NCBI GenBank assembly: GCA_040768745.1
Contig: JAXGMI010000001.1
Location: 800,001-864,000, forward strand
Origin: Desulfomicrobium sp.
GTDB taxonomy: Bacteria > Desulfobacterota > Desulfovibrionia > Desulfovibrionales > Desulfomicrobiaceae
Direction of reading: 5' to 3'
Length of the DNA: 64,000 nucleotides
Shown here: piece by piece, positions 8,254 through 17,859 of the stretch
Position numbering within the stretch: position 1 is the stretch's first letter
Layout of the letters: the number at the start of each line of letters is the position of its first letter
Made by a program: the position numbers and the translations under genes
The notes under the pieces: generated by a model
Seen by the model: only the letters and a program-made list of their open reading frames with translations
What the model was told of the DNA's origin: nothing
Database searches by the model: none

Positions 8254-9126
8254 TCACACCCCCTGCCTCGATGCCGCGAGCCACTCCCTGAAGCCGCCAG
8301 CCTGTCCTCCGGATGAGGGCAGAGGATCCGTGGGGACTTCCGTGCTGAGCACGATTTCCAGCCGGCGGATCTCAACCTGTCCGGCCTCTCCCGCACTCGG
8401 GCTGCGATCCCCATACCCGACCAGAAGGACGCGGTTGGCCGGCAATCCGCCTTCCCGCATCAGGAATGCAGCCACCTCGGCCGCCCGGGCCATGGACAGC
8501 TTCCAGGGATCGACAAAATCGCCCAGAGGTTCTCCGGGCACAACATGTCCGACCACGGCCACAGCATGGGGCGCACTGCGCAGGATTCCGGTCAGGCCGA
8601 GAAGCTGGTTCTTCCCAGCGGTTTTGAGCGCAGCGGTCCCGGCCCCAAACAGAGAATCCCCAACCGAGGTGATGTGCACCGATTTTTCCGGTACAAGACG
8701 CACACGCAAAAAAGGCTCCAGCCCGTTGCGGTCGATGACATCGCGGATCCCATCGTGAATCCGGTCAAGAATGGATCCCGGAGAAACCTCCGTTCGCGGT
8801 GCCAAAACCATCAGAGGCGATTTCTCATCAGACAGGACCGGAACTTTCTTGGGCATCTGAAAGATATAGAGCGCAGCGAACATGACGAACATGGTCATCA
8901 TCAAATCTGACCATGCGATGGCCCACCCGGAAGATCTGGGGACTGTTTCCCGGGACATGATGTCAAAACGGTGACTGAGGACAGCAGCATCGGTCAGGGC
9001 AAACATGTCGTTGCTGCCTGCATTGCGCATGTTCGGCAACGCTGGGAGTGGCGATGGTTCCCCGGGCAAGGGCTCAACCTTGCGCAGGGTTGCCTGGCGG
9101 ATGATTTCCGGAGTTGGCGTGTGCAT
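8254..9126 (-). CDS. motB: MotB/PomB-like protein with a degenerate OmpA-like domain
   Basis: WAIAWSDLMMTMFVMF TM with the conserved Asp; LF..G.A.L, WKLSMARA..V and RRLEI; GGAGG RBS. Confidence 0.85.
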   Translation of the reverse strand: MHTPTPEIIRQATLRKVEPLPGEPSPLPALPNMRNAGSNDMFALTDAAVLSHRFDIMSRETVPRSSGWAIAWSDLMMTMFVMFAALYIFQMPKKVPVLSDEKSPLMVLAPRTEVSPGSILDRIHDGIRDVIDRNGLEPFLRVRLVPEKSVHITSVGDSLFGAGTAALKTAGKNQLLGLTGILRSAPHAVAVVGHVVPGEPLGDFVDPWKLSMARAAEVAAFLMREGGLPANRVLLVGYGDRSPSAGEAGQVEIRRLEIVLSTEVPTDPLPSSGGQAGGFREWLAASRQGV

Positions 9127-9148
9127 AGAGGACCTCCGGCAAGACTTT

Positions 9149-9164
9149 AGCCAATTCCATGCCA
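9149..9164 (-). promoter_or_regulatory. Candidate sigma54 -24/-12 promoter for motB-motA
   Basis: Minus strand TGGCATGGAATTGGCT with GG and GC at canonical spacing, just upstream of the RBS. Confidence 0.45.
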
Positions 9165-9263
9165 GAAAACAGAAAGAAGCGCTCCGCATATTTTTGCCAC
9201 CTTGCCCCATGCCCTGGAACAGAGTAGAAGGCGTTGTGACAACAATTTGAACCAGGAGGAACC

Positions 9264-9446
9264 ATGGCTATTGTTATCGACCACGATGAATGCATTGGCT
9301 GCGAAACCTGTGTTGAACTCTGCCCCGAAGTCTTTGCCATGATGGATGGCGAGGAAAAGGCCATGGTCAAGGCGCCGGACTCCACGGCCGATTGCGTCGG
9401 GGACGCCATTGACAGCTGTCCGGTGGGGGCCATCAGCAAGGAATGA
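9264..9446 (+). CDS. fdx: Single-cluster [4Fe-4S] ferredoxin
   Basis: [12 protein letters not shown]...CPVGAI, 60 aa, AGGAGGA RBS. Confidence 0.95.
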   Translation: MAIVIDHDECIGCETCVELCPEVFAMMDGEEKAMVKAPDSTADCVGDAIDSCPVGAISKE

Positions 9447-9469
9447 CGCGCGGCATCGCGAACGCAGAC

Positions 9470-9494
9470 AAAGGGGGCCACGGTCCCCTTTTTT
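9470..9494 (+). terminator. Rho-independent terminator after ferredoxin
   Basis: AAAGGGGGCC-AC-GGTCCCCTTTTTT. Confidence 0.75.
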
Positions 9495-9512
9495 ATGCTG
9501 TTTGCCTGAGGC

Positions 9513-9541
9513 TTGCGATTTTCCGGCATTCCCACCACAAT
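9513..9541 (+). promoter_or_regulatory. Candidate sigma70 promoter of the VTC operon
   Basis: TTGCGA-N17-CACAAT, 8 nt before the ATG at 9550; no SD sequence. Confidence 0.35.
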
Positions 9542-9549
9542 GACAGTGT

Positions 9550-10257
9550 ATGCAAACCAACCCCAGTGCAGATCCCGTGGCATTCCGGACCGAGAAAAAA
9601 TATGTTCTTTACGCCCGGCAGGCACTCCTGGCCGAAGCCGTGCTCAAGGCGCACTGCCTGCCTGATCCGGTTTTTGCCCGGGCCTCGGTGCATTCCGTGT
9701 ACTACGACACCCTGGATCTGCAGTACCTGGCCGAAAAAATCGACAGCACCTACCTGAAGGCCAAGGTCCGGTTGCGCTGGTACGGAGACTGGGACTTCCT
9801 TCCCGATCCAGGCCCGGCTTTTCTGGAGGCCAAGATCAAGGAGGGCTGGAAGCAGCAAAAAATCCGCGTGCAGGTCGAATACGATGGCCGAACCCTGTCG
9901 GCCCTCCCCTTGAACACGCCGGAGATTTCGGGCCTGCCCTCCCGCTTGGCCGAGCTGGGTGTCGGGCTGTCCTTGGCCCTCCGGCCGGCATTCACCATCA
10001 GCTACCGCCGGATGCGGTTCGTTGACCCCATGACCGGAACGCGGCTGGCCCTGGATCAGGCCATCCATGTGTCAAAAATCAATCTGCCCTGCCTGGGGTC
10101 CGAAAAACGCACCCTGCCCATGGTGGTCATCGAGACCAAGGGAAGTCTGGACACCCTCCCGGCGTACCTTGCTCCCCTGGTGGCCATGGGCCTCAAGCCC
10201 GAGGCCTTTTCCAAATACCTGAGCTGCTATCAGATGCTGATGCAGCAACATCCGTAA
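9550..10257 (+). CDS. VTC-domain (polyphosphate polymerase-like, CYTH/TTM fold) protein
   Basis: R.E.KY, SVYYDT.DL, KVRLRWYG, FLE.K.K, RLALD, VIETK and FSKY motifs. Confidence 0.9.
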   Translation: MQTNPSADPVAFRTEKKYVLYARQALLAEAVLKAHCLPDPVFARASVHSVYYDTLDLQYLAEKIDSTYLKAKVRLRWYGDWDFLPDPGPAFLEAKIKEGWKQQKIRVQVEYDGRTLSALPLNTPEISGLPSRLAELGVGLSLALRPAFTISYRRMRFVDPMTGTRLALDQAIHVSKINLPCLGSEKRTLPMVVIETKGSLDTLPAYLAPLVAMGLKPEAFSKYLSCYQMLMQQHP

Positions 10258-10266
10258 GGAGACCGC

Positions 10267-10998
10267 GTGAACGACCTGCTGCCTTCCGGCATAGACGCAC
10301 TGTCCAACATCTACGAGGCCCTGATCAAGGCTGGTGTGTCCGGACACGAAAAAATGGAAAGCGTCGGCCTGACCACCTTCTTCATTCTGCTCGTGGTGTC
10401 TTTTTTCGCTTCGCTCTACATCTCCAGGCTGTACGTCCGCTTCTATCGCCCCCGCGGCACCGGGAGCCTGGCCTACCGCTCCTTTCCCCTGCTGGGAGTC
10501 TCCATCACAGCCATCTTCATCTGCGTGCAGTTTTCCCTGCCCCTGTCCCTCGGTCTCCTCGGCGCCCTGTCCATTGTCCGCTTCCGCACGCCCATCAAGG
10601 AACCGGAAGAAGTCGGATTCATCATGCTGACCATCGCCGCGGCCATCTCCTGCGCGACGTTCAACCTGATGTTCCTGCTCATTCTCCTGGCCGTGGCCAC
10701 CCTGGGACTCTTTCTCATCAACTGGCGGGGGATGCCCCTGGCCAACAGCGAGCAGGGCACAATCCTCGTCAATCTTCCCGGCACCGATGCAGGGACCGTC
10801 TCGGACTGCCTTTTGCCCACAGTTTTGGGGCTGGACGGCGTGCGGCTCATCTCCGTGGTGGAAACCCCTGAAGGTACGGCGGTGACGCTCCGTTTCGCCA
10901 AAGGGGGCTCCGACCTTCTGGCCGCGATGCGCGGCGCGGCCCTGAACTGTGCCAAGGATGCCACCGTGAGCATGTTCAACGACCAGGTCAGCATCTGA
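10267..10998 (+). CDS. DUF4956 membrane protein
   Basis: LSLGLLGALSIVRFRTPIKEPEEVGF signature, several TM helices, soluble C-terminal domain. Confidence 0.9.
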   Translation: MNDLLPSGIDALSNIYEALIKAGVSGHEKMESVGLTTFFILLVVSFFASLYISRLYVRFYRPRGTGSLAYRSFPLLGVSITAIFICVQFSLPLSLGLLGALSIVRFRTPIKEPEEVGFIMLTIAAAISCATFNLMFLLILLAVATLGLFLINWRGMPLANSEQGTILVNLPGTDAGTVSDCLLPTVLGLDGVRLISVVETPEGTAVTLRFAKGGSDLLAAMRGAALNCAKDATVSMFNDQVSI

Positions 10999-12563
10999 TG
11001 CGCCGGCTCCTGGGCCAGCCCTTGTTTCTCTTCCTTCTGCTCTGCGTGCTGGCCTTCCTTTTTTTCAGCACCGGACTGGACGACTGGGGTCAGCGCCAGG
11101 CTGAGCACATTGCCCTGTTACGCGATGATTTCGGCACTGCCCGCAAGGACAGCCTGCTCAAGAAGCTGGGACTGCCCAGGGTCACGCATCCCCAAACCGG
11201 ACACCTGGTGGAGGGTGCCAGAAACGACCTCAGCTCGCTGCCCGTTATGTCCCTGCGAGCAGTGGCCATCCGGGTGGCCGAAGCGGACCTATCAGACCCT
11301 GAAAAAGGGCTCCAGACCAACAGCCGCCAGCGAGGCCGGGAATGGGAGCGCCCGGCAGGCGTGGCCGTCCTGCGGAACGGGCAGGAACTCCTGGCCGCGC
11401 CGGCAGGCATCCGCCTCCAGGGCAACCGGGCCACCAGGGACATGCTGCACAGTTTTCGCCTCTATTTCCGGGCTAGCTACGGCGAGAACACGGTGCCCGG
11501 ATCGGCGTTCCTGGATGACGCACACATGAACGTCCGCAAGATTGTCCTGCGCAAGGAAAAGAACCCGGTGCCCGGATTCGTGACCATGCTGGCCTTTGAC
11601 GTGGCCAGAAGGGTTGGATCCATGACCCCGGACTATGCCCCGGTACACATGTTCCTGAACGGCCGCAGCCTGGGCCTCGGTCTGGCCAGTGAACACGTCA
11701 ACCGCACCCACTGGGAACGCCGGCTTGGGCACAGAAACTTCGCCTTCTATGTCCTGGAAGCTGAAAATTCTGTCCTGGACAGCGCGCAGTACAAGGCGCT
11801 GCGTTTCCGTCTCGATCCCTTCTTCGGGCTCTGGGAGTACGATCGCGTGGCAGAGATCCTGGATGTGAATGACTTCATGCGCGCCATGACCTGCTTCGCC
11901 TTCGTGCAATGGCAGGACTGGAACCAGGGCGCCCTGATCCTGGATCGGACCGAGGCCGGTCCGCGCTGGAAAAGCGTGCTGTGGGACGCGGATCTGGCTT
12001 TTGCCGGGTTGCGGTCAGACGGCGTGCCCGAAAACAGGGCCGGATGGAAGAACCTGCGCGATGCCCATGGACTGCGGGCCGCTGTTTTCAAGGGCATGTG
12101 GGAAAACAGTCAACAGTTCCGGGAGGAATTTCTGCGGCTCTTGAGCTGGACCATCAACCACCGCCTGACCAGGGCATGGATCGAAGAACGGATTCGACAC
12201 TACACCGGCCTGGAAACCGACAGCGGTCTGGACTGTTTCGACGCGGGGGTGGCCCTCACCTATCTCCTGCAGCGGCGTGTGGATCTCCTGGCCGAAACGA
12301 CCAGGGATCTGGGCGCTCCGGACGTGATCGCCTGCCGGGTCGAAAGCCCCCAACCCGTGGTGGTCGACGATGAAAGGGTCACGACAAGCTATGAAGGCCT
12401 CTATTTCCGGGGGCAGGCAATCACCCTGGCCCCACAGCCCCACGCATCGTTTTCCCACTGGATCGTTGACGAACGGCACGTCCACGAACCCCGTCTGACC
12501 CTCGAACTCCAAAGAGACACCGTGGTCAGGGCTGCATTTTTCCCTTCCGCCAATCCTTCCTAG
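10998..12563 (+). CDS. CotH-family atypical kinase, membrane-anchored or exported
   Basis: N-terminal hydrophobic anchor; GREWERP, GIRLQG, SFRLYFR..YG, LNG..LG, DW and W..vLWD.D motifs; C-terminal beta-rich F..W repeat; TGATG overlap with DUF4956. Confidence 0.85.
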   Translation: MRRLLGQPLFLFLLLCVLAFLFFSTGLDDWGQRQAEHIALLRDDFGTARKDSLLKKLGLPRVTHPQTGHLVEGARNDLSSLPVMSLRAVAIRVAEADLSDPEKGLQTNSRQRGREWERPAGVAVLRNGQELLAAPAGIRLQGNRATRDMLHSFRLYFRASYGENTVPGSAFLDDAHMNVRKIVLRKEKNPVPGFVTMLAFDVARRVGSMTPDYAPVHMFLNGRSLGLGLASEHVNRTHWERRLGHRNFAFYVLEAENSVLDSAQYKALRFRLDPFFGLWEYDRVAEILDVNDFMRAMTCFAFVQWQDWNQGALILDRTEAGPRWKSVLWDADLAFAGLRSDGVPENRAGWKNLRDAHGLRAAVFKGMWENSQQFREEFLRLLSWTINHRLTRAWIEERIRHYTGLETDSGLDCFDAGVALTYLLQRRVDLLAETTRDLGAPDVIACRVESPQPVVVDDERVTTSYEGLYFRGQAITLAPQPHASFSHWIVDERHVHEPRLTLELQRDTVVRAAFFPSANPS

Positions 12564-14098
12564 TGCGCTGCCTCGGGCATGTGCGCCCCGTGATCCGGGC
12601 GGCGGATGACCCACATGAACCCCGCCAGGCTGAGAAAGAACAGGGCCTGCACAAAAAAAACATCCACATAGGCCATGTATGCGGCCTGCTGCTGGACATA
12701 CTGGTAGATGACCCCCAGGGCCTCATGGGGGGTGAGATCCATGAGCCGTTCCAGGGCGTCCCGGGCCTGGGCCAGGGGCGGATCATAGGGGGTGAGATGC
12801 TCCACCAGCCGATGCTGGTGGAACTGGGCACGCCGCGCCAGAAGCGTGGTCACGAAGGCCGTTCCAAAGGATCCGCCCAGGTTGCGCAGCAGGCTGAAGA
12901 GGGCCGAAGCATTGTTCATGCTCTCGCGCGGAATGTAGGCCATGGTCAGAAAGGACAGGGGCACGAAGAAAAAGGCGATGCCAACTGCCTGCATGTTGCG
13001 CCCAAGAATGGCCGTGCCGATATCGATCCGCAGGGTGAAACGGGACATGAAGACGAGGGACAGGCCCGAGATGAGCAGACCCAGGCAGAGCAGCAAGCGT
13101 GCGTCGATCTTTTCCGTCAGCTTGCCGACCATCGGCAGCAGAAGGAGCATGATGGCCCCGCTGGGCCCCAGCACCAGCCCGGCCAGAAAGGAGGTGTAGC
13201 CCATCAGGTTCTGCAGATACATGGGCAGGAGTACGATGGACCCGAAAAAAGCAAAAAAGCCAAAAAACATGATCACGTTGCCCGCCGCAAAATTTCGATA
13301 CTGAAATGTGCGCAGATTGACGATCGGATTTGCATGCCTGAGTTCCCACCAGACAAGGACTGCAAGGCATACTCCGGCCAGGATGCTCAGGATGACGATC
13401 TGCTCCGAAGCGAACCAATCCTCCTGCTGACCCTTGTCCAGAACTATCTGCAGGCTGCCCAGTCCGACGGACAGGAGGGCCAGACCCAGGCAGTCGACCT
13501 TCTCTCCTGACAAACGGCGCTGCTGGTAGGGCGGATCGAAGATAAAGGCCCAGCACATGTACAGGGCGACCGCGCCGATGGGCACATTGATGTAGAAAAT
13601 CCAGATCCAGGAATAATTGTCAGTGATGTAGCCACCCAGAAGAGGGCCCAGGATGGGGCCGAGCACTGCGCCCATGGCGTAGATGGCCATGGCCAAGCCG
13701 CGCTGCTGGGGCGGAAAGGTTTCAAGCAGGATGGCCTGGGACATGGGCTGCAGCCCCCCTCCGCCGACCCCCTGGATGATGCGGAAAAACACCAGTGCCT
13801 CCAGGCTCTGGGCCAGGCCGCAGAGCATGGAGGACAAGGTGAACACCGCCACCGAGGCCATGAGGTAGTTCTTGCGACCCATCAGCCGGGCCAGCCAACC
13901 GCTCATGGGGATAATAACGGCGTTGGAAACCAGATAGGAGGTCAGGACCCAGGTCACCTCGTCCTGACCAGCGGACAGGGAACCCTGGATGTGGCTCAAG
14001 GCCACATTGGCGATGGACGTATCCAGGATCTCCAGCAGTGTCGGGATCATGACGCTCAACGTGATGAGCCACTTGCCCGTAACGCGATCCCTGGCCAT
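12560..14098 (-). CDS. emrB: DHA2 (EmrB/QacA) MFS efflux permease
   Basis: LD.SIANVAL, WVLTSYLVSNA, RIIQG.GGG, GP.LGP.LGG and WIFYINVPIG motifs. Confidence 0.93.
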   Translation of the reverse strand: MARDRVTGKWLITLSVMIPTLLEILDTSIANVALSHIQGSLSAGQDEVTWVLTSYLVSNAVIIPMSGWLARLMGRKNYLMASVAVFTLSSMLCGLAQSLEALVFFRIIQGVGGGGLQPMSQAILLETFPPQQRGLAMAIYAMGAVLGPILGPLLGGYITDNYSWIWIFYINVPIGAVALYMCWAFIFDPPYQQRRLSGEKVDCLGLALLSVGLGSLQIVLDKGQQEDWFASEQIVILSILAGVCLAVLVWWELRHANPIVNLRTFQYRNFAAGNVIMFFGFFAFFGSIVLLPMYLQNLMGYTSFLAGLVLGPSGAIMLLLLPMVGKLTEKIDARLLLCLGLLISGLSLVFMSRFTLRIDIGTAILGRNMQAVGIAFFFVPLSFLTMAYIPRESMNNASALFSLLRNLGGSFGTAFVTTLLARRAQFHQHRLVEHLTPYDPPLAQARDALERLMDLTPHEALGVIYQYVQQQAAYMAYVDVFFVQALFFLSLAGFMWVIRRPDHGAHMPEAAH

Positions 14099-14100
14099 GG

Positions 14101-15306
14101 CTAATCCAGATGAATGATCGGCACCACACTCATGCCCAGACGCAAGGACTCGGTGCCGTTGAGCGGATCAAGACCGATCCTGACCGGAATGCGCTGCACC
14201 ACTTTGACATAATTGCCCATGGCATTTTCCGGAGGGAAGAGGGAAAAGACCGCCCCGGTTCCGGCCATGACGGATTCGACCCAGCCAGTGAACTCTCGAC
14301 CCGGAAAGGCATCGACCTCGAGGCTCACCCGCTGTCCTGGGCGGACCCTGGCCAGCTGGGTTTCCTTGAAATTGGCCGTGATCCAAAGCTGGCCGTGATT
14401 GAGAGGCACCAAGGCCAGCAGTGGCTGGCCAGCAGACACCAGCTGCCCGACCTCGACCTTCTTCTTGGTGACGTGTCCGCTGACCGGAGCCAGAATACGG
14501 GTATATCCCAAATCCAATTCCGCTTTGCGCACCTTTTCCTTGGCCAAGACCACCCGCGCTTCCTGGGCCGCCACCTCCAGGTCCTTGATGCTGGCGACCT
14601 CGTGCCCGGTTCCGGCCAGCCCGATATTGGCCCTCAGGCTGGCTACGTTTTCCCGCAACGAGGCCAGGTTGCGCCCAGCCGCGGCGGCCTTGTCCCGGGC
14701 CCCGGCGGCCTGGGCCCTGGCGCTGTCCAGGGTGGTCTGCGCCGTGTCCAATGCAGATTGGGCAATGATCTGCTGGCGGCGCAGGGTCTCCAGTCGGCCA
14801 AAATTGAGTTCGGCGTTTCTCGACTCCGCCTCGGCGTGCAACGCAAATTGCCGTGCAGCAGCCTCCTCCAGGGCCGCCTGATCCAGGCTGCGCAGAAGAC
14901 TGTCCAGCTGGGCCCTGGCCCCGGCGACCTGCAGCTCCGTCTGCGTCTTTTGCAGGGGCACACCCCTGCGCAGGGAGGCCAGCTGGGCTTCGGCCGCTGC
15001 GAGATCAGCCCGGGCCTGGGCCACAGCCACCTCGTACCCCACGGGATCGAGCCCCAGAAGGGGTTGCCCTGCCTGGACCAGCTCATTGTCCAGCACGAGA
15101 TCCTCCTGGACATAGCCTGCCACGCGCGGAGTAATCTGATGGATCCACCCGTCCACAAAGGCGTCGTCCGTGGAGACCCGGTTCAGGCCCCGCACGTATT
15201 CGAAAATCCCGAATCCCGCTCCAAGCAGAACGAGACACAACAGAATGATCCGTTTCCATCCGGCCCGACCACTGGTTTCGAGGGACGTGTCCGATGCTGC
15301 GCTCAT
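14101..15306 (-). CDS. emrA: EmrA/HlyD membrane fusion protein
   Basis: STDDAFVDG, WITANFKETQL and PPENA.GNYVKVVQRIPVRI motifs. Confidence 0.93.
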   Translation of the reverse strand: MSAASDTSLETSGRAGWKRIILLCLVLLGAGFGIFEYVRGLNRVSTDDAFVDGWIHQITPRVAGYVQEDLVLDNELVQAGQPLLGLDPVGYEVAVAQARADLAAAEAQLASLRRGVPLQKTQTELQVAGARAQLDSLLRSLDQAALEEAAARQFALHAEAESRNAELNFGRLETLRRQQIIAQSALDTAQTTLDSARAQAAGARDKAAAAGRNLASLRENVASLRANIGLAGTGHEVASIKDLEVAAQEARVVLAKEKVRKAELDLGYTRILAPVSGHVTKKKVEVGQLVSAGQPLLALVPLNHGQLWITANFKETQLARVRPGQRVSLEVDAFPGREFTGWVESVMAGTGAVFSLFPPENAMGNYVKVVQRIPVRIGLDPLNGTESLRLGMSVVPIIHLD

Positions 15307-15377
15307 TGTTTCACCCTGGTCCAAAGATCAAATAACTGGCCGGTAAACCTGTCCCTCATCAATGGCAAGAGCGAAGT

Positions 15378-17859
15378 CTAGGGGGCAATCCGGGCGGCCC
15401 AGTCCACGGGCAGGCGCACGGCCTTTCCGGCCTTGTTGCGGAAGAGCAGATGGCCGTGACGGAGGCCGAACTCGAATAGATCGCGGGTCACGGCCACATC
15501 ATGGCGGCAGTACTCGAGGATTTCCCCCAACCTTCCCTCCTTCCACCAGGCCAGGGCCTGCATGCCGCTGGCGGTCTTGGCTGCGCCGAGGGTTTCCCTG
15601 GCCAAATGATCCAGGGACAGACGGTAGCCGAGGATGGCGTGGATGTCGGCCAGGATATCCAGGGTGGGCAACGTTGAAAAATCGAATCGGCTCAGCCCTC
15701 CGAGGACGGCGAAGTCGAAACGAAGGATGTTGAACCCGACCACCAGATCGTATTCGACCAGATCTCCGACCAGACGAGACACGTCCTCCTGCAGATACTC
15801 GCGAAACTCGCCCGAGACCGAATCGTGTACCACCACGCAGCTCACCCCCATCAGATCGGCTCTGTGCCAGCCACCGACCTCCTGGGCTGAGCGCCGGGTT
15901 TCCAGGTCCAGGACGGCGTAGCGAAAACCGTCAAGCATCCGTATTCCGGCTGCAACTGGGGCCTGTTGCCGGGACGACGGGGCACAGCCCTCAGCCATGG
16001 ACGTTTGCCCGGCCCGCGCAGCCGACCTTGGGCCCTGCACAGGCACAGCGGGAGGGGCAGCCTCGGCGGGCTGGAATGCACCTGGCCCCTCTCCGGCAAC
16101 ACCGGACTGGGGCCGCCCGCGTATGACCCCGTCCAGCAACCGCAGGGCTGCGCTCTTGGAAATGGGCCGGTTGCCTGACCCGCATTTGGGAGAGTGCACG
16201 CAGGATGGGCAGCCGGTCTCGCACCCACAAGAGCGGATGGCGGCCATGGTCCGCTCCAGCAGCCTTTCGTATTGAGCATACGCCTCGTCCACCAGACCGC
16301 AGCCTCCAGGGAGCCCGTCGTAGATGAAGATGGCCCCGGACCCGACCTGGGGGTGGAAGGGTGTTGAAATCCCGCCCAGGTCGTTGCGATCGGCCAGAAC
16401 CAAGAGCGGCATCATGCCGATGGCCGCATGCTCGATGGCGTGGATGCCCCCCATGAAGTGCACCATCTCCCTCTCCACCTGCCTCCGGAGGTCTTCGGGG
16501 ATGGCGATCCACACCCCGCGGGTGACGAAGACCAGGGGCTCCATGTCCAGCAGCTCGGTCCCCAGATTTTTCCCGCTGCGCACGCTGATGCGGTCGTAGC
16601 CTGTGACCTGATCCGTGACCCGCACCCGGCCCAGATGGACCATGGCCCCGAGCACGACCCTCGACGCGGCGATTTCGATGATCTCCGTGGACTTCTCATG
16701 ACGGACCCTGGTGTAATAGCCGACATTGGCCCGCCTGGCCCTCACCAGCCCCGCACCCAGGTCCAGATCTTCAACCAGATAGGTCTGGCCCCGGTGCAGG
16801 TAGACCGCTCCAGGATGGGTTTCGAGCACAGCCCGGAAGCGGTCCACCAACCCGATGCGTTCCCCGCTCTCCACATCGATGATGGGCAGGGTCGCACCAG
16901 TGCCGCGCAGGCTGACGTCCCGCTGCGGCTGTCGGGCCCTGGAGAAATACTCCTGCCCGTCCCCGCTGCGCAAAAGATCTCCATAGCGGGTCATTTCCGC
17001 GACGAGAGCGGCGTGTTCGCGGACCAAGGGCTCATCCCGCCCCAGGGAATGCTCGGCAGCCGCACAGCAGAGATGACTGGCCGCGATGACCGGGTTGCCG
17101 GGGTTGATCACCGCCCGTTCCGGCTGCATGGCGAAGAACTCGTCCGGGTTGTGCATGAAATACTGGTCCAGGGCATCCTCGTGTCCGATGAACACGGTGG
17201 CGGCCTCCTGGCCACCCCTCCCCACCCGCCCGGAACGCTGCAAAGTAGCCATGATGGAACCGGGATACCCGACCAGGATGCACAGATCCAGACCGCCTAT
17301 GTCGATCCCCAGCTCCAGGGCGCTGGTGGATATGACGGCCAGAAGCTCGCCTGATCCAAGCCTGGCCTCGATCTCCCGGCGCTCTTCGGGCAGGAAGCCT
17401 GCCCGGTAGGCGGGGATGCGTTCCCGCTGTCTGGCCTCGCGCTGCCCGGCCCACAGGGCTATGAGTTCGGTCATCTTGCGGGACTTGCAGTACACGATGG
17501 TCCTCAGACCCAGACGCAGTGCCTCCTGGAGCAATCCGATGGCTTTTTGGGCCGCGCCCTCCACGCCATTCATGAGCACGATGTGCTTGGGAGGACTCGC
17601 GGCCGTCCCCTCCAGCACGACTTCCATGGGCAGGCCGGTCAGGCTGGCGGCGAGCTCTGCCGGGTTGGCGATAGTGGCCGAGGAACAGACGAAGGTCGGC
17701 CGGGCGCCGTACAATTCACACAGGCGGAGCAGCCGCCGGAAGACCCAGGCCATGTGCGAACCCATCACGCCTCTGTAGGTATGCACCTCGTCCACAACGA
17801 CAAAATGGAGATGGGCGAAAAACCCGGCCCATTTTTCATGGCTGGGCAGAATGCCCAGA
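15378..17859 (-). pseudogene. C-terminal part of a DEAH-box helicase + DUF1998 + RNase H-like exonuclease (YprA/MrfA-YprB-like fusion), split by an IS
   Basis: DEVH, SAT, TSALELGIDIG and QRSGRVGR motifs; DUF1998 CGCETGCPSC; C-terminal DLET...GFN...FD...YCRHDV. Confidence 0.9.
17841..17859. repeat. Target-site duplication, left copy (19 bp)
   Basis: GCTGGGCAGAATGCCCAGA, identical to 19476-19494. Confidence 0.9.

Noticed and set aside
7392..9126. Zorya (ZorAB) anti-phage system
   Set aside because: MotA has no long helical tail, looks PomA-like, and no ZorC/D/E effectors are adjacent.
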